This document shows positions 59,090 to 64,000 of a stretch of 64,000 bases of DNA, piece after piece (positions within the stretch are counted from its first letter, which is position 1; each line of letters begins with the position of its first letter). Origin of the DNA: Tubiluchus corallicola. Taxonomy: Eukaryota; Animalia; Priapulida. Where the stretch lies: contig JAQGDQ010001009.1 in assembly GCA_030141605.1 (NCBI GenBank), forward strand, positions 6,872 through 70,871, read 5' to 3'. The translations under genes were made by a program, and so were the position numbers. Below the pieces are notes generated by a model that was not told where the DNA came from, ran no database searches, and worked only from the letters and a program-made list of their open reading frames with translations.

Positions 59090-60319
59090 AAGGGTGGCTG
59101 ACTAGATAACCTACAGGTTCTTCGCTGCCCTTCTCCTTTGTTACATAATATTGCATGTATTCCTAATACTGTAATTTGATAATTCTTGCGGAGTTAATAA
59201 ATAAATTGAATTGAAATGAGAACGCTCGCATCGTCATTGTGTTCCTAGTGGAAATTAAGATGCAAAAACAAAATGATTAATTTTTTATTTATTCATATAC
59301 TATTATAACATCGTTTTTACTTCCAACTTTCAACTTTTAACTTTCAACTTTTAAAAAAACCGTCAGAAAAGAAATATTTCAAAAGTATTGAGTGTAACAC
59401 AGTCTGATAATGGTAATCACCTGCATTCTTTTTCCACAGTAATCTTAATAAAACGTGACTATGCTCAACAGGTTACTGAACACATTATAATCATGATCAT
59501 AATTTTTCTTAGTTCTCACTCCATTACATCTTTCATTCACTACTCCTCCCACCTTTATGTATTTATTATCATTATTTCAATTATTAATCACTTCTTTAAG
59601 TTTTCCACGTACACTTTGGCCTGTCAAGCTATGCTTTTAGGCTCAAACTGTATGCATCAAAATTATTCTGTAATGTAATTTGCACATGTATATGCTGCAT
59701 AAGAATCTCTTTTGTAATTTCTGGATAATATTGCATTTATATTTATATTTACTTCAGTGAAATTATCTGTATTTTTCTTCTAACTGTTAGATGCAGAGTG
59801 AAAATAAATAAACTTATAAACTTACGTTATAAAGTTCATTGAACACGATTAACATATTGTGCCTTCATTCACCATAGAATGAACTTCTTTTCTGCTTGTG
59901 GTTTTGAATACAAAAAATGGCTCCATTGTCCAAGAACTTGTTTGTTTAGAATATGACTTTGACTTTATGGCTTAGACGTGTGTAATCCTAATACTGTAAT
60001 ATTTCCGGTAAAGATGCACTAGTTTACCAGCTCGCTAGTAATATGGTGAGTTTTTAAATTGTATCAAAGATGGCACCATAGATGCATGATAATTATTTAT
60101 TTTGTTGGTTTTTTAGCACAGTGAATGAAATTATTTACATCGTGTTTAATGCAATGTGATGGAATGTGCAGTGTAGTATAACTTATAAACTTAAAATATT
60201 AGTTAACTAAAACGAGAATTTTCTCAAGTTGAAAGTCTGAGGATTATTAAACTTTCTCATTTTTGAACTTATTCTGTAATTATTTTCTGTTATTTGTGCA
60301 GCAGACCGAACACACATAT

Positions 60320-60379
<60 letters not shown>

Positions 60380-60580
60380 TCTATCCCTCTCCTTCTCTAT
60401 ACCACCCCCCCTCTCTCTGTGTATGTGTGTGTGTCTCTCTCCCCAACTCTCTCTCTTTCTCTCTCCCTCTCCATCTCTCTCTGTCCCTCTCCTCTCCTCA
60501 CCTCTCTCTCTTTCTCTCTCCCTCTCCCCCTCTCTCTCCTCTGTCTCTCCTCTCTCTTTGCCTCTCTTTGCCTCTCTCTC

Positions 60581-60629
<49 letters not shown>

Positions 60630-60646
60630 CTGTCTGTCTGTCTCTG

Positions 60647-60823
<177 letters not shown>

Positions 60824-61070
60824 GTTAAACGACACAGCTTTTAGTAATCACAAGAGCATTTTGTTCGTATATGAAATTATTAATCATGCATTTATGGACT
60901 CTTTAAACTGCCAGGAAGTGCAACCTAAAGGTGCAAACCGGAAGCAAAACAACTTTACAAATCTGCAAAAAATTTTCAAGGGACAAAAGTCTCTTGCTCT
61001 CCTGTGGTTCATGAATAAATTCATCAGAGGGTTTATATTGTTGTAATAATTGTATTTTGCAGGTAACAAG

Positions 61071-63481
61071 ATGAAAGGAATTCTACTTCTAGTCTTTGTT
61101 ATTCTAGCAACGGCTTGTGTAAGTAATTTTTACCTGAAATAACTCGTAATTACACGTAAATAGGGCAACCTGCGTGACGTATATCTTAAGTTATTAAGTT
61201 AAAACACCACAATTTTAATAAAACTTTTATTATACATAGTTAAAAAATCATGTCAAACGTTTCGACAGACTATTGCTGTCATCATCAGTAGTAATTTTTT
61301 TACATATGTACAAACATTTTATATGATATAGTTATAGACTTTACTTAGATACATTAGACCTACAATGAGGTTGTTATATAGTACTTGTGAGTAAACTTAG
61401 ATACATTAGACCTACAATGAGGTTATTATAAAGTATTCCAGAGTAAACTTAGATACATTAGACATACAATGAGGTTATTATAAAGTATTCCAGAGTAAAT
61501 TTAGATACATTAGACCTACAATGAGGTTATTATAAAATATTCCAGGGTAAACTTAGATACATTAGACCTACAATGAGGTTATTATAAAGTATTCCAGAGT
61601 AAATTTAGATACATTAGACCTACAATGAGGTTATTATAAAGTATTCCAGAGTAAACTTAGATACATTAGACCTACAATGAGGTTATTATAAAGTATTCCA
61701 GAGTAAATTTAGATACTTTAGACCTACAATGAGGTTATTATAAAGTATTCCAGAGTAAACTTAGATACATTAGACCTACAATGAGGTTATTATAAAGTAT
61801 TCCAGAGTAAATTTAGATACATTAGACCTACAATGAGGTTATTATAAAGTATTCCAGAGTAAACTTAGATACATTAGACCTACAATGAGGTTATTATAAA
61901 GTATTCCAGAGTAAATTTAGATACATTAGACCTACAATGAGGTTATTATAAAGTATTCCAGAGTAAACTTAGATACATTAGACCTACAATGAGGTTATTA
62001 TAAAGTATTCCAGAGTAAATTTAGATACATTAGACCTACAATGAGGTTATTATAAAGTATTCCAGAGTAAACTTAGATACATTAGACCTACAATGAGGTT
62101 ATTATAAAGTATTCCAGAGTAAATTTAGATACATTAGACCTACAATGAGGTTATTATAAAGTATTCCAGAGTAAACTTAGATACATTAGACCTACAATGA
62201 GGTTATTATAAAGTATTCCAGAGTAAATTTAGATACATTAGACCTACAATGAGGTTATTATAAAGTATTCCAGAGTAAACTTAGATACATTAGACCTACA
62301 ATGAGGTTATTATAAAGTATTCCAGAGTAAATTTAGATACATTAGACCTACAATGAGGTTATTATAAAGTATTCCAGAGTAAACTTAGATACATTAGACC
62401 TACAATGAGGTTATTATAAAGTATTCCAGAGTAAACTTAGATACATTAGACCTACAATAAGGTTATTATAAAGTATTCCAGAGTAAACTTAGATACATTA
62501 GACCTACAATAAGGTTATTATAAAGTATTCCAGAGTAAACTTAGATACATTAGACCTACAATAAGGTTATTATAAAGTATTCCAGAGTAAACTTAGATAC
62601 ATTAGACCTACTATGAGCTGTTATAAAGTATTTTAGGGTAACCTTACATACATTAGACGTACAGCGAGGTTGTTATGTAGTATTTCAGAGTAAACGGCAG
62701 AACCTAGAGCATAGAATATTGTTCGCTAATTATGTATTTAACAAAAGCCAGACAGGTAATGAATAATATAGGTTGCCCCCTTGGAAAAGTAGCAACAGAT
62801 GCCCTTGATTATCATCCTCATTCTGTGAGTATGACAAAAGGTACATGTGTAACAAGGACTGGCCAATCAAGAGCTTAAAGAACAAGAAAAGGGGTACCTG
62901 AAGTAGGTTTCAGAAAAATTGCCAGAAAAAATTATATTACTTTATCATATTTAAGCATATATCGTACTCGAGTTGAAAGAATTTTTGTTTGTTTTCATTT
63001 TAAATCTCCCGCGATACTGTTCTGACCGCGCCATTACATGACGTCATACACGCACAACGTATAAACCAGGGGAAGAAAAGGAAATGCTAAACTATGTCGC
63101 AAAAACTTTCCATGCAATTTAAGCTACTTAACATTAAGTGTATCTGCTTGAATGACTTGTGTAACTAGAAAAGAAAACCATTAATTATTTAAAATGTTTT
63201 CATCAATTGGTAAAATGTCGTTGACTCACTTCCAGGGTGCGCCACTCACTAACCAAAAAAACCTAATTTTGAATTTTATTGACGAGACACAGTAATTTTA
63301 AATTTTACTTAGTTAGTGACTTGTGTGCTACGAATGCTCTGATTATTTTTTCAAACTTTACTCAATGTCATCTAAACTTGTTTCAAGTGACTTATCGTCA
63401 AAATGGCGTCTAACAGTCATCGCAAGGTAGACTTTTCCCAAGGAGAGAGAAAGAGAGAGAGAGAGAAGGAGAGAGAGCGAC

Positions 63482-63516
<35 letters not shown>

Positions 63517-64000
63517 AGGAGGAAGAGGAAAAGAGAAAAGAAGAAAGAAAGAGAGAGAGCGAGAAAGAGAGAGAGAGAGGGAGAGAGAGACAGAGAGACA
63601 GAGAGAGAGAAAAGGAGGGAGAGAGAGAGGGGGGAGAGAAAGAGAAAGAGAGATAGAAATAGAGAGAGAGAAAGAGAGAGAAAGTGAAAGAGAGTGAGAG
63701 AGAAAGGGAGAGGGAGAAATCTAAGCTCACTATCAAGGTAATCTATATAAAACAATGAATTACCAACCTTTTAATAAGTACATCAAGTCGGTGCGACATA
63801 GCAGATGAACCACCGAGAAACAGTGTTCCCAAGGTCTACCCATCCAGTTACTAACTAGGTTTAACACTACTTAAATTATGTATTAAGTTCACATTTACAA
63901 CTCCTCTAATCCTTATTTAGGTTGCCAGCTCTTCATATGGTGGTTATGGCGGCGGTTACGGCTATGGCGGCAGTGGTGGTTATGGAGGCGGATACGGTGG
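61071..64000 (+). CDS. Secreted Gly/Tyr-rich protein 3 (3'-truncated by the window); coding exons 61071-61118 and 63921->64000
   Basis: MKGILLLVFVILATAC|[26 protein letters not shown]; phase-0 GTAAGT...TTTAG intron; acceptor tttgcag at 61062. Confidence 0.85.
61251..61291 (-). ncRNA. Minimal hammerhead ribozyme motif (Penelope-type), stem I damaged
   Basis: Minus strand CTGATGA-t-gacag-caatagt-ctgtc-GAAA-cgtt. Confidence 0.6.
61343..62695. repeat. 52-bp minisatellite, ~26 copies, with dimeric higher-order structure
   Basis: acttagatacattagacctacaatgaggttattataaagtattccagagtaa; aaaCttag and aaaTttag alternate. Confidence 0.97.

Overview
AT-rich, repeat-dense eukaryotic (metazoan, probably invertebrate) genomic DNA with spliceosomal introns; the host taxon cannot be fixed from sequence alone. 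Main contents: (1) a full-length but mutated BEL/Pao LTR retrotransposon (3352-10292, minus strand, 518-bp LTRs) inserted in an (AAT)n microsatellite, whose Gag begins with a SAP-like DNA-binding motif; (2) a frameshifted cadherin-like relic and an orphan LRR exon; (3) a complete 4-exon WSCD-type Golgi sulfotransferase gene (22827-27998) whose exon-2 acceptor is tandemly copied 6 times and whose donor is copied 4 times; (4) a cluster of three, possibly four, small secreted Gly/Tyr(/His)-rich protein genes, two sharing a central non-Gly amphipathic segment, with CRE and AP-1 site arrays between the divergent pair; (5) intronic Penelope-type hammerhead ribozyme motifs; (6) many MITEs, LINE/SINE relics, minisatellites and microsatellites. 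Most long ORFs in the ORF track are repeat artefacts. All calls were made by eye; coordinates of degenerate repeats are approximate.
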